A stretch of DNA of 32,000 nucleotides from Candidatus Saccharimonadota bacterium. GTDB lineage: Archaea; Micrarchaeota; Micrarchaeia; Micrarchaeales; Micrarchaeaceae. The number at the start of each line of letters is the position of its first letter. Within the stretch, counting starts at the first letter, position 1. The stretch is from NCBI GenBank assembly GCA_021654395.1, contig AP024486.1, forward strand, positions 750,001-782,000, written 5' to 3'. Shown here piece by piece: positions 16,780 through 25,619 of this stretch. The translations under genes were made by a program, and so were the position numbers. The notes beneath the pieces are model-generated. The model did not search any database, was not told where the DNA came from, and was given only the letters and a program-made list of their open reading frames with translations.

Positions 16780-17697
16780 CTAACTTGTTGGTACACTTGC
16801 AAGTAGCCCATCTATTATTCCATTTACTCCAATACCTCCTGTTGATCTAACTGCTATTCTATGACTTAAGACAGGCTTCGCTAGAAACTTTATATCGTCT
16901 ATTGTTATCTCGTTCCTTCCATGTATCAATGCCCTTGCCTTTGCAGCATTTAGAAAGCTTATCTCTGCTCTTGGGCTACCTCCCATAACAACATGTATAT
17001 CTTCTCTAGAAGCATCAACAAGTCTGGCTATATATCTTAATACATTCTCTGGTGCCTCTACCTTCTTTGCCTGCTTCTGTAGATCAAGTATATCATCCTT
17101 TGTAAGTATCTTATTTACTTTTATCTCTTCTTCTCTCTGCTTTATCTTAAGCATCTCTACCTCTTCATCCTCTGTCGGGTACTTAACCTCTATTCTAAAT
17201 ATAAATCTATCTGCCATAACCTTTGGTAATGGTATAGTACCTTCTATGTTTAATGGATTCTGAGTTGCAAATGCTATAAATAGATCTGGTAGCTTAAGAG
17301 TAACTCCTCCTATAGTTGCTATTCTCTCTTCTAATGTCTCTAGCAATGCAGACATGGTCTTTGGCTGCATTCTATTCATCTCATCTATTAAGAATATATT
17401 TGTGAATATCGCTCCTTTCTTTACTTGCACTTGATTATGCTCATCTAGATAAGTATATCCAACGATATCGGAGATCTCTAGATCTGGAGTTCCTTGAACT
17501 CTTCCAAAGCTTGCATCTATTATATCTGCTAAAGTCTTTGTCATAGTTGTCTTTGCAACTCCCGGAACTCCCTCAAGAAGCACATGACCATTAGCAACTA
17601 ATGCTATAAACATTAGCTCCAGTACATCATCCTTACCTGCTATCTTCTTCTTCATCTCTGCTATTACGTCATGGAATGCCTTCTGTGGATCTACCAT
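16780..17697 (-). CDS. MoxR-family AAA+ ATPase
   Basis: 305 aa with Walker A GVPGVAKT, Walker B FLIDEMNR, the FATQNP.....GT.PLP.A..DRF signature and a C-terminal lid domain. Confidence 0.85.
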   Translation of the reverse strand: MVDPQKAFHDVIAEMKKKIAGKDDVLELMFIALVANGHVLLEGVPGVAKTTMTKTLADIIDASFGRVQGTPDLEISDIVGYTYLDEHNQVQVKKGAIFTNIFLIDEMNRMQPKTMSALLETLEERIATIGGVTLKLPDLFIAFATQNPLNIEGTIPLPKVMADRFIFRIEVKYPTEDEEVEMLKIKQREEEIKVNKILTKDDILDLQKQAKKVEAPENVLRYIARLVDASREDIHVVMGGSPRAEISFLNAAKARALIHGRNEITIDDIKFLAKPVLSHRIAVRSTGGIGVNGIIDGLLASVPTS

Positions 17698-17742
17698 ATC
17701 TTAATTAGATTAGCTTTAAAGTATATTAAATTTTTTATGATA

Positions 17743-18519
17743 TTATAGAAGCTCTAGACTATAGCTGCCCTTTGGAAGCCTTCTATATATAATGTCTATG
17801 TCTTTTAGCTGTATGTAATCCGCTATCTTCTTAGCAGCATGCTCCTTTAGCATAGATCCTGGCTTTACTAGAACTCCTTTTATATTAATATTGAGATGCT
17901 GCCTCTTTAGATATGGTATAATATTAAGCTTATTGTTATCATTGTAAAAGAATAATGCTAGCTCAACAGATCTAAACCATTCTCTCTCGCCATGCATCAA
18001 GAAGCTGCCCTTAGGAAGATATCCATCCTCTGATGACTTACTTATCTGCTCTCTCTTTAATGCATATACATCTACTGCTGCTAAGCCTTGCTCAAATGCG
18101 TTTGAGTAAGATGCCTCAAACTGCGCAGCCTCGAGCTTTGATTCATAGCTGTCATCTACTCCGTCCTTTAGAATTGCTACTGGAGCTCCGTGTATATCTG
18201 CATGTATAAATAGATCTCTATTATTAAAGTAATGCTTAACTAGTAGCTCATTCTGATCAGCATTTCTACCAATCACGCAGATCTTATTGCTACTTGTTAT
18301 AAAGTACAAGAATCTAGAGTACCACTCTTTGCTCTCTATCTTATTGACCTCTATCTTGCTTGCTAAGTTCCTCTCATTGCTAAGACTCTCAAGCTTCTTG
18401 CTTAGCTCCTTTATAACATTCTCTATCTTCTCTATCTTCTTCTCATCCTCCTTAGCCTTATCGAAGTAGTATGCTGCATTCTGCTGAGCTGTCTTATTAT
18501 AAAATAGCTTTATTCTCAT
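17743..18519 (-). CDS. NFACT-family protein lacking the NFACT-N domain (coiled coil + NFACT-R/DUF814 + C-terminal region)
   Basis: A coiled-coil K/E-rich N-terminus, then ICVIGRNADQNELLVKHYFNNRDLFIHADIHGAPVAILKDG, the DUF814 hallmark of Rqc2/RqcH/FbpA-type proteins. I prefer ATG 18519 over the track's TTG 18534. Confidence 0.65.
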   Translation of the reverse strand: MRIKLFYNKTAQQNAAYYFDKAKEDEKKIEKIENVIKELSKKLESLSNERNLASKIEVNKIESKEWYSRFLYFITSSNKICVIGRNADQNELLVKHYFNNRDLFIHADIHGAPVAILKDGVDDSYESKLEAAQFEASYSNAFEQGLAAVDVYALKREQISKSSEDGYLPKGSFLMHGEREWFRSVELALFFYNDNNKLNIIPYLKRQHLNINIKGVLVKPGSMLKEHAAKKIADYIQLKDIDIIYRRLPKGSYSLELL

Positions 18520-18550
18520 ATATAAGCACAGCAATCAGTTCTCTGAAGCT

Positions 18551-18802
18551 TTATCCTACTATAAAGTTTAGATTACCAGCAACTATTAATGATATAATAG
18601 CAGCTATTATGGTGCCTATAACCCCCATCGCAAGTATTATTATAAGGACAATCTTGAAGTTACTCATAAGCTCTTCTCTATTTGGCTTATATGTTATATG
18701 CATAACTCTTCTATACTCACTTAGCTTGCCCCTTAGCTTTCTAAATAGATCTTGACCTACTACTTTCTGCTTTACCTCATTGCTACTCTGCATAAGTATC
18801 AT
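18551..18802 (-). CDS. secE: Preprotein translocase SecE (Sec61-gamma)
   Basis: 83 aa. L.EYRRV....YKPNREEL....KIV then a single TM with GVIGTII matches the archaeal SecE pattern. The start is 18802 or 18793. Confidence 0.6.
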   Translation of the reverse strand: MILMQSSNEVKQKVVGQDLFRKLRGKLSEYRRVMHITYKPNREELMSNFKIVLIIILAMGVIGTIIAAIISLIVAGNLNFIVG

Positions 18803-18917
18803 TCTCTTATATACGTTTAGTGATATTAATCTTATTAAAGATTAATTATTAAATAATTAATACAGCATAGTTAATATTATTGCTATACTATAGCTCTTTA
18901 AGGTATAGTGATCTAAG

Positions 18918-20363
18918 ATGGAGAAGAATGAATTAGGGATGACTCATAAGAAGAAGGAGTTCAGCGAATGGTATCCTGAGCTACTAATAAGATCAGAGTT
19001 TATAGATTACAGCTTGGTATCTGGAGCTATAGTATTTAGACCCTCTGCTTACTTCGCTTGGGAGATTATTAAAGATTATGTCGATAAGGAGTTTAAGAAG
19101 ATTGGGATAGAGAATGTCTACTTCCCCTTATTTATACCAGAAAGCCTACTACTTAAGGAGGCAGAACACTTTGAGGGATTCTCCCCAGAGGTCGCATGGG
19201 TTACTCATGCTGGAAAGTCAGAGCTATCAGAGAGGCTTGCTGTAAGACCAACCTCAGAGACAATAATGTACTATAGCTATGCTAAATGGATAAGATCTTG
19301 GAGAGATCTTCCATTAAGATATAATCAATGGAATAATGTTGTTCGATGGGAGTTCAAGAACCCGACTCCTTTTATAAGAACAAGGGAGTTTCTATGGAAT
19401 GAGGGTCATTCAGTATTCGCATCAGAGCAGGAAGCAAGGGCAGAAAGAGATCAGATCTTAGGAATATATCTTAAAGCTTTGAGAGAGCTTACTTGCTTAT
19501 ACGGAATAGTTGGAAAGAAGACAGATTACGAAAAGTTCGCTGGCGCGGTAGAGAGCTACAGTATAGAGCTAGTTATGCCAGATGGCTGGTGTGTTCAAGG
19601 ACCAGACTTTCATTATGATGGACAGAACTTCTCTAAAGCATTTGATATAAAGTTTATAAATAAAGAGTCTAAGGAGGAGTATGCGTATCAGAATACCTAT
19701 GCAATATCAACAAGAGTTCTTGGAGTAATGGTAGCAACACACAGCGATGATAAAGGATTGGTATTGCCACCAAAGCTGGCACAGAAGCAAGTTGTTATAG
19801 TGCCAATACCAGCAAGATCAGAGGATATTGATAAGAAGCTTCAAGATTACTCTGAAAAGGTACTTAATACGCTTAAGGAGCATGGATTAAGAGCATTTAT
19901 AGATAATAGAGATAACTACACTCCAGGATATAAGTTCAATGAATGGGAGCTTAAAGGAGTTCCATTCAGACTGGAGATTGGAAAGAAGGAGCTTGAGAGC
20001 AATACTGTGGTTATTGCAATAAGAGATACCTCTGAGAAGAAGGGTGTATCATTAGATAAGCTTATAGAAGCAATAGATAATGAGATAGAAGCGATGCATA
20101 ATAGGTTATATGAGAACTCTAAGAGAATGGTCCAGTCATTTATACATAATATAGAGAGCTACGATGAGCTAAAGAAGAATATAGCTAATGGTGGAATATA
20201 TCATGCTCCATGGTGTGGCTCTACAGACTGTGAGATAAAGATAAAGCAGGAGACTGGCGCTAAGATAACAAATATACCTTTAGATCAGAGCGATCTTCAT
20301 GGAAGATGCATATACTGTAATAAAGAGGCAAGATATATGGCAAACTTCGCAAGATCTTATTGA
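18918..20363 (+). CDS. proS: Prolyl-tRNA synthetase, archaeal/eukaryotic type
   Basis: 481 aa with class II motifs (AVRPTSET, QW.NVVRWE, FREF.W.EGH), an anticodon-binding domain, and a C-terminal zinc-binding domain ending ...ARSY. Confidence 0.9.
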   Translation: MEKNELGMTHKKKEFSEWYPELLIRSEFIDYSLVSGAIVFRPSAYFAWEIIKDYVDKEFKKIGIENVYFPLFIPESLLLKEAEHFEGFSPEVAWVTHAGKSELSERLAVRPTSETIMYYSYAKWIRSWRDLPLRYNQWNNVVRWEFKNPTPFIRTREFLWNEGHSVFASEQEARAERDQILGIYLKALRELTCLYGIVGKKTDYEKFAGAVESYSIELVMPDGWCVQGPDFHYDGQNFSKAFDIKFINKESKEEYAYQNTYAISTRVLGVMVATHSDDKGLVLPPKLAQKQVVIVPIPARSEDIDKKLQDYSEKVLNTLKEHGLRAFIDNRDNYTPGYKFNEWELKGVPFRLEIGKKELESNTVVIAIRDTSEKKGVSLDKLIEAIDNEIEAMHNRLYENSKRMVQSFIHNIESYDELKKNIANGGIYHAPWCGSTDCEIKIKQETGAKITNIPLDQSDLHGRCIYCNKEARYMANFARSY

Positions 20364-20381
20364 TCTATCTCTTTTTATTCT

Positions 20382-20876
20382 TTAGTCTATATCATCCATC
20401 TGGCTATTAAGGTAGTCATATACAAATTTACCTATAGCCTCAGCCAATGCTTCAGATAGCTCTCCATCTGAAGCTTCTATTCTATATCTTTCTTTATAAA
20501 GCTCTTTACTATCTTTAGGTAATCCGTTCTCTCCTACAAACCATAGATCATCTGGAATTCCTATATAATTAAACTTAACTAATTGTAGATCTACGATCAG
20601 ATCCTCGCTATAGCTATCTTCCTTAGGTTCTACTATTAGGGCATAGAATTCGTTTTCTCTCTTGGGTAGATCTCTTATAGTGTCTGCTTTGTTGCTATGA
20701 TTAAACAATCCATACATTAAAACAAATCTACTTGATCCAAAGGCGAATAGCTTTACATATCTATAGCCGTTAGAATGTAGCTCTTCTCCATAACTATATA
20801 ATACCTCTTTAATAGCTTCAAACGCTTCGTTAGATATCTGATCAAAACCTTCATCTAAATTTCTACTATAGGGCAT
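20382..20876 (-). CDS. Hypothetical acidic cytoplasmic protein (164 aa)
   Basis: A long ORF with normal composition, no TM and no recognisable motifs. It is the last gene of the minus-strand block that starts at 25164. Confidence 0.55.
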   Translation of the reverse strand: MPYSRNLDEGFDQISNEAFEAIKEVLYSYGEELHSNGYRYVKLFAFGSSRFVLMYGLFNHSNKADTIRDLPKRENEFYALIVEPKEDSYSEDLIVDLQLVKFNYIGIPDDLWFVGENGLPKDSKELYKERYRIEASDGELSEALAEAIGKFVYDYLNSQMDDID

Positions 20877-20943
20877 AACTATCTGCCATAATATTATTCA
20901 TTATTATTAAATAATTTCTGTATATTGTAACTATTATGCTTAA

Positions 20944-22878
20944 CTAATTAACTGCCTTTAAGCTAATCGTATAATTACCAGCAGATGTAATAAGGCTTAA
21001 ATTATATTCACTGCCATTCTGTAAACGTGGTCTAACATAAAAGCCACCATAAACAACATAAGAACCCGTAGCTCCAAAGTCAAATTCATAATTATGTGCT
21101 CCTGGTTGTATCTCTAAAGGTACGTTATAAATTGAGTCATAATATGTGATATTGGGATTGTAATTTTGTACTAGATAATATCCTAGCGGATAGTAGCCGT
21201 ATACTCCTATATTTGGTTCTGGATTATTATTAGGAAAGAATACTAATGAAGCAGTTACTGTTCTATTATATGTTGAGTTTAGTGTAACATTTACTTGGAA
21301 TTCGTAATAGAAACCTTCATCCCAGTCTTGTATACCAGTATCTACTAGACGTATTGTGTTATTAGCATTGACTTCTCTTATAGTACCGTTAAAGTATATT
21401 GGAGCAGAGTTATTATTTATACCAAATCCTGTTATCGACGTGTAGGAATAATTATTTGGAGCAAAAACTGAAATACTAGTATATAAATAAGTGTTGTATG
21501 AAGAGCCTTGTGGAAGATTAATTATCATAACGCCATGATGAATATTAAATGGTATAAATGGTGATCCTATATTATTAAATACTAATGGTTTACCATTTAC
21601 TAATATCTCTAATCCCTTATCTGTCTGATGAATTGAAAGTACGTATGGCAGATTAGGAAATAGATTCGATTGTGCAGAGTAACCAGTACCATTTACATTT
21701 ACATAGAAACGACCTATACTTGGATTATTCGCAACTTCCGAGACATCTCCAATGCAAAGGAATGGAGCTGTAGTTAAATAGAATTCTGAATAGCTATTAT
21801 ATTCTATTGAAATATATTGATTACCTTGAGGAGATAGTATAACGACCGATAATGGAATAGTGGTATTTCCTAAGTCTACGCCATAAACTGGAGAAGGGCA
21901 ACCCGACACTGGATTATAGAGTGTGGTTTGTGTTATTATATTTGCAAGATCTTGCTCTATTCTGAAATTAATTGTTGAACCATTTGTGAAAGGAACCATT
22001 ACTGAGACATTACATAAACCATTAAGATTGCCAAATGAGCAGTATTTGTCTGGAAATAGATAAGTAAAGCCTTGTGTCTGTATAGGATTTAACCCTGTAA
22101 AAAGACCACTTACATAGCCAGAGCCGCCGCTAACTAGCGAGTGCAGAGGTGCATTATACTGACCTGGTATGTAATAGTAAGTTCCGTTTGAGTTGAACTT
22201 CTGATATCCTCCAAGTATTGTTCCATTAGGCAAACCAAATAGAAATGGGTTTGTATTGTTGCTTAATCCAGTAACATTGCTTGACCTATTAGTTATAGTA
22301 TTTGATGTTATTGTATTTGAAGTAGTTGTTGAGTTATTTCCAGGAAGTCTAAACGGCACTGATGTGGTAGTAGTTGAAGAGGGTATTGTTATAGAGAACT
22401 TACTAAACTTTGTAGCATGAAGATTAACTATAAATTGTGTCTCTCCAGGTAAGCCGGTATACTCATCTATGTACTTAATTATAATATAGCCGTTGAAATC
22501 AGATCCAACACTACCAGAGAATAAAGCGCCATTGTAATAGCAGTTAGTAAACAGATATGCTTCAGAGGATGGCTGTAGCAGTATAGTGTTTGAGAGATTA
22601 ACAAAAGAGGCAGATGATGGATTATTTGTGCATGCAACTGCTGTTACATTAACAGGATCTCTAAGCTCTGATGTAAATGCTGTAAATAGAGTTCCAGAGG
22701 TATTTATCAATGCCTCATTACAGTAAAAGTTACCAGATGATAAGCATGTATTTGAGGTAAATGCGCTAGAGTTAAATACCTTTAATCCAACAAGGGCTAT
22801 TAGTACAATCGCTATTATTAGTATAGCCCAACCATAGTTTGTAAGAAACTCTATAGTTGCTTGTAAATGGATCTTCAT
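20944..22878 (-). CDS. Large secreted protein with an archaeal class III (type IV pilin-like) signal peptide
   Basis: The N-terminus MKIHLQATIEFLTNYGWAILIIAIVLIALVGL is close to the Q-x-S/T-x-E-x-x-x-L class III signal motif plus a hydrophobic helix. It is followed by a Cys-containing ~150-aa domain, a Thr/Ser/Asn linker (SSTTTTSVPF...TTTSNTITSNTITN), and a ~430-aa sequon-rich beta-type domain. Confidence 0.65.
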   Translation of the reverse strand: MKIHLQATIEFLTNYGWAILIIAIVLIALVGLKVFNSSAFTSNTCLSSGNFYCNEALINTSGTLFTAFTSELRDPVNVTAVACTNNPSSASFVNLSNTILLQPSSEAYLFTNCYYNGALFSGSVGSDFNGYIIIKYIDEYTGLPGETQFIVNLHATKFSKFSITIPSSTTTTSVPFRLPGNNSTTTSNTITSNTITNRSSNVTGLSNNTNPFLFGLPNGTILGGYQKFNSNGTYYYIPGQYNAPLHSLVSGGSGYVSGLFTGLNPIQTQGFTYLFPDKYCSFGNLNGLCNVSVMVPFTNGSTINFRIEQDLANIITQTTLYNPVSGCPSPVYGVDLGNTTIPLSVVILSPQGNQYISIEYNSYSEFYLTTAPFLCIGDVSEVANNPSIGRFYVNVNGTGYSAQSNLFPNLPYVLSIHQTDKGLEILVNGKPLVFNNIGSPFIPFNIHHGVMIINLPQGSSYNTYLYTSISVFAPNNYSYTSITGFGINNNSAPIYFNGTIREVNANNTIRLVDTGIQDWDEGFYYEFQVNVTLNSTYNRTVTASLVFFPNNNPEPNIGVYGYYPLGYYLVQNYNPNITYYDSIYNVPLEIQPGAHNYEFDFGATGSYVVYGGFYVRPRLQNGSEYNLSLITSAGNYTISLKAVN

Positions 22879-22936
22879 TATAGAAATATTGAGATGTTAG
22901 TAATATAAATCTTTCTTATATATCTGACTAGATAGA

Positions 22937-23022
22937 AGCCAGGTGAGGGATTTTCGCTATTAAAAGTCGAACCCCCTTCCACCGCTCTGCAGGCGGCTGC
23001 ATAACCGTTCTGCCAACCTGGC
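22937..23022 (-). tRNA. tRNA-Cys (anticodon GCA) with a 15-nt intron in the T-loop (position 59/60; window 22951-22965)
   Basis: Minus-strand read: GCCAGGT-TG-GCAG-AACGGTT-ATGC-A-GCCGC-CTGCAGA-GCGGT-GGAA-GGGGG-TTCGAC[TTTTAATAGCGAAAA]T-CCCTC-ACCTGGC-T. All four stems pair once the 15 nt are removed. TTCG pairs with intron CGAA and is flanked by the 3-nt bulges ACT and AAT. Confidence 0.7.
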
Positions 23023-23081
23023 TTCTGTAATCTTATTAGTCTATCAAGAATTTAAAAAGATAATGCTATATTATGCTATAA

Positions 23082-23522
23082 CTACCTTCTTAAGCTCCTC
23101 TTTAGTAAGTATGCAAGTATCAAAGATCCTATGGACAAGACTATTACTGAGCTTGATATTAGAACACTGGAGCCAGAGCTGCCTAGGCCAAATCCAAACA
23201 AGAACTCTAGGCTGTATAATGGAGAGCTGCCTTGTATCTTACTTATAGGAAATCCTAGCAATCCATCTAGAAGTATACCTATAGGCATCATTACTACTCC
23301 AACAATCTCTATATATGTAATATATCTTAACAGCATATTGTTCTTTAGAATATGCCTCAATAGAGTTACTATATCTAAAGTAGATACGAATAATAAGAGT
23401 ATAAGCCAATGATAGAATGCTAACACAAACAATGGCTTATCGTAGATTAGAAGCATTAATGAAGCTATATTGAGAATTACTACTAGTAATAGCTCTGATC
23501 TTTTAAGCTTAACGTTTTCCAT
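23082..23522 (-). CDS. Hypothetical integral membrane protein (about 4 TM)
   Basis: 146 aa and hydrophobic. The start overlaps the 3' end of the thermopsin-like gene by 14 nt, suggesting translational coupling. Confidence 0.5.
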   Translation of the reverse strand: MENVKLKRSELLLVVILNIASLMLLIYDKPLFVLAFYHWLILLLFVSTLDIVTLLRHILKNNMLLRYITYIEIVGVVMMPIGILLDGLLGFPISKIQGSSPLYSLEFLFGFGLGSSGSSVLISSSVIVLSIGSLILAYLLKRSLRR

Positions 23523-25164
23523 TATATCTTGCCTTAGCTCTTATGACAATTATTATATAAAGTAAAGTTAATATAAAAAGAAGTAACACTAGATAGAATA
23601 GGTTCTGTAGATTACTTATATAGCTATTATACTGCTGCTCTATATAAGATAGGTTAAGACTTGAGTTATAGCTATTACTGCTACTATTAGATACACTTGA
23701 TATTATTGATAGATTTAGACCGTTAGAGCTGTTGCTAATGCTCTGAGGCTTACTCTTTATATTGCTTGCATTTATACTTATATTTGATAATGCTATATAG
23801 CTGCTTATGTTATCCTGGCCTGGTATCATATATATGTAGCCTCCTCTCTTTACTACTGTAACATTGCTTATAGACTCGTTAGTATCTATTCCAAATGTGT
23901 AATAGCAGCTAAAAGGCTTTATTGAACCATTGTCTAGATATCCTAAGAATAGTCTTGCGTATATATTGCTTACACTAGAATCATTATAGTTTCCTAGTAC
24001 GAACTCAGCATCCATTATATGATTTCCTTTTAGCAGCATAAATGGATCTACTGTTATATAGCTACCATTATATGGAATACTAAGCCTTACTCTATCGTAT
24101 ATATAGCTCTTATTGTTATATATATAGTATAATAGTACCTCTGCATCACCAGAGTCATTAACTATCTCTGTTAGAAGAGAGATATTAAGAGGTAGATTGT
24201 ATCTATAGCTTTGGGTTGAATAGACATAATAGCTATTAGATTCGTATCTCTGTATACTACCATATCCGCTTATAGTAAGAGCATTTAGATTGCTTAACTT
24301 ACTACTAAAGTTCCATATATTATCTATAAGATTAAATCTGCTGTTACTTAATGATATAACATTCTGCAGCCAGTAGGCCCTATTCAGCCTTGCATTATAA
24401 AGTATAGAGTTCTGCTGAAATGTCACTCCTTGGCTTAGATTTATATATGATAGATTCAGATTGCTATATATGCCTCTTGTATATATCGCTTTAGGTGCTA
24501 CATTAGGACAGAATGATATGCTGCTCAGACCTATCGCTCTTGGCTTATTATTAGGAAATATGCTTAGATTTATAGGTGTTATCTTATAATCTATAGTATA
24601 AGCGAGATATCCATTACCATTATAACTTAATGATATATTATATAATGTATCTATATCTGCTGGAAAGTTTACTCTAAAGATTCTAAATGCATTGTATATA
24701 GAGCTTAGAAGAAGCTGATCTGAATAAACCCTTAATGAATCTGTTGACATTAGGGATACTGATATATTATCATATCTGCTCGAGTTTATTGATATGTTAT
24801 AGCGAGAGCCATTAAGCTGAACCAGATATATACTAGATGTTGAGTTAAGTATTACAATTCTATCGTTATAGCTTCCAGGAGATATTGCTATATAGTATCT
24901 GCCCTTATTTAGCTTAGTCTGTATATAGCCTAAACCGAATGCACTCTTCTTAACTATATAGCTAAGCTGATTATTATATAAGAAGTTAGTGTACTGCTGA
25001 TAGCTCATTATATAGACCTCTGATTGACTACTTACATTGTAAAGCACTGTTACATTTTGAGTAGAGTTAAGATCTAATGGAGTTGAGATTATCGAATAGG
25101 AGTAATTAATAGATAATAGTATAATAAACAAGACTATAGCTTTATATCGCATATAAAGCATCAT
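23509..25164 (-). CDS. Thermopsin-like (peptidase family A5) protein with signal peptide, Ser/Asn stalk and C-terminal TM anchor
   Basis: Blocks resemble Sulfolobus thermopsin as I recall it: PRAIGLSS; VTFQQNSILYN....AYWLQNV.......FNLIDNIWNFS; DAEFVLG; YYTFGIDTNES. The N-terminal signal is MRYKAIVLFIILLSINYSYS. The C-terminus is a SNSS-rich stalk, then LFYLVLLLFILTLLYIIIVI, then RAKARYNGKR. Confidence 0.65.
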   Translation of the reverse strand: MMLYMRYKAIVLFIILLSINYSYSIISTPLDLNSTQNVTVLYNVSSQSEVYIMSYQQYTNFLYNNQLSYIVKKSAFGLGYIQTKLNKGRYYIAISPGSYNDRIVILNSTSSIYLVQLNGSRYNISINSSRYDNISVSLMSTDSLRVYSDQLLLSSIYNAFRIFRVNFPADIDTLYNISLSYNGNGYLAYTIDYKITPINLSIFPNNKPRAIGLSSISFCPNVAPKAIYTRGIYSNLNLSYINLSQGVTFQQNSILYNARLNRAYWLQNVISLSNSRFNLIDNIWNFSSKLSNLNALTISGYGSIQRYESNSYYVYSTQSYRYNLPLNISLLTEIVNDSGDAEVLLYYIYNNKSYIYDRVRLSIPYNGSYITVDPFMLLKGNHIMDAEFVLGNYNDSSVSNIYARLFLGYLDNGSIKPFSCYYTFGIDTNESISNVTVVKRGGYIYMIPGQDNISSYIALSNISINASNIKSKPQSISNSSNGLNLSIISSVSNSSSNSYNSSLNLSYIEQQYNSYISNLQNLFYLVLLLFILTLLYIIIVIRAKARYNGKR

Positions 25165-25199
25165 AATATAAATAAACTTTAAGAACTTATTAAAGCTTT

Positions 25200-25619
25200 A
25201 TGAAAAGCGAAAAGGATAAGAGCTATATAATCTTTAAGTATATCTCTATAAAGCCACTAGTTATAGCAAGCTATATCTTAGCTATAATAGCTATAGTTCT
25301 TGCTGTGCTTCTAGTTAACTATATATACAGATATGGCAGTAGTTATATCTCATATGTTAGCATAGATATAAAGCCATTGAACTGCAGTATATGCATAAAT
25401 AACTTATGCAATATAAGCTCTAGCAGCATAATAAACATAACAACAAATAGCACCGGATATGCTTATATCTACATGAAAGATAACTATTCCTTATATATAC
25501 AAAACTCTACTCTTATAAGCTTGGAGCTCAGCAACTACTGCAAAAGCAGCTCATATAGATATATATACAGATTTAATGGCTCTAAGAGATCCTATAATGC
25601 ATTTATAGCTCATATATAG
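25200..25619 (+). CDS. Hypothetical N-terminally anchored small extracellular protein
   Basis: 139 aa with one TM (LVIASYILAIIAIVLAVLLV) and then a Cys/Asn/Ser/Tyr-rich region with sequons. A TATA-like box lies about 30 nt upstream. Confidence 0.45.
   Translation: MKSEKDKSYIIFKYISIKPLVIASYILAIIAIVLAVLLVNYIYRYGSSYISYVSIDIKPLNCSICINNLCNISSSSIINITTNSTGYAYIYMKDNYSLYIQNSTLISLELSNYCKSSSYRYIYRFNGSKRSYNAFIAHI

Noticed and set aside
3001-18534. N-terminal extensions in the ORF track that begin at GTG/TTG (sepF 3001, htpX 8174, argF 12982, thioesterase 13887, nuoC 15248, NFACT 18534, S27ae 5613)
   Set aside because: In each case an in-frame ATG a few codons downstream is preceded by a GGTGA/GTGAT-type SD-like motif, avoids overlap with the upstream gene, or both. 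The extensions were therefore trimmed. The starts remain unverified.
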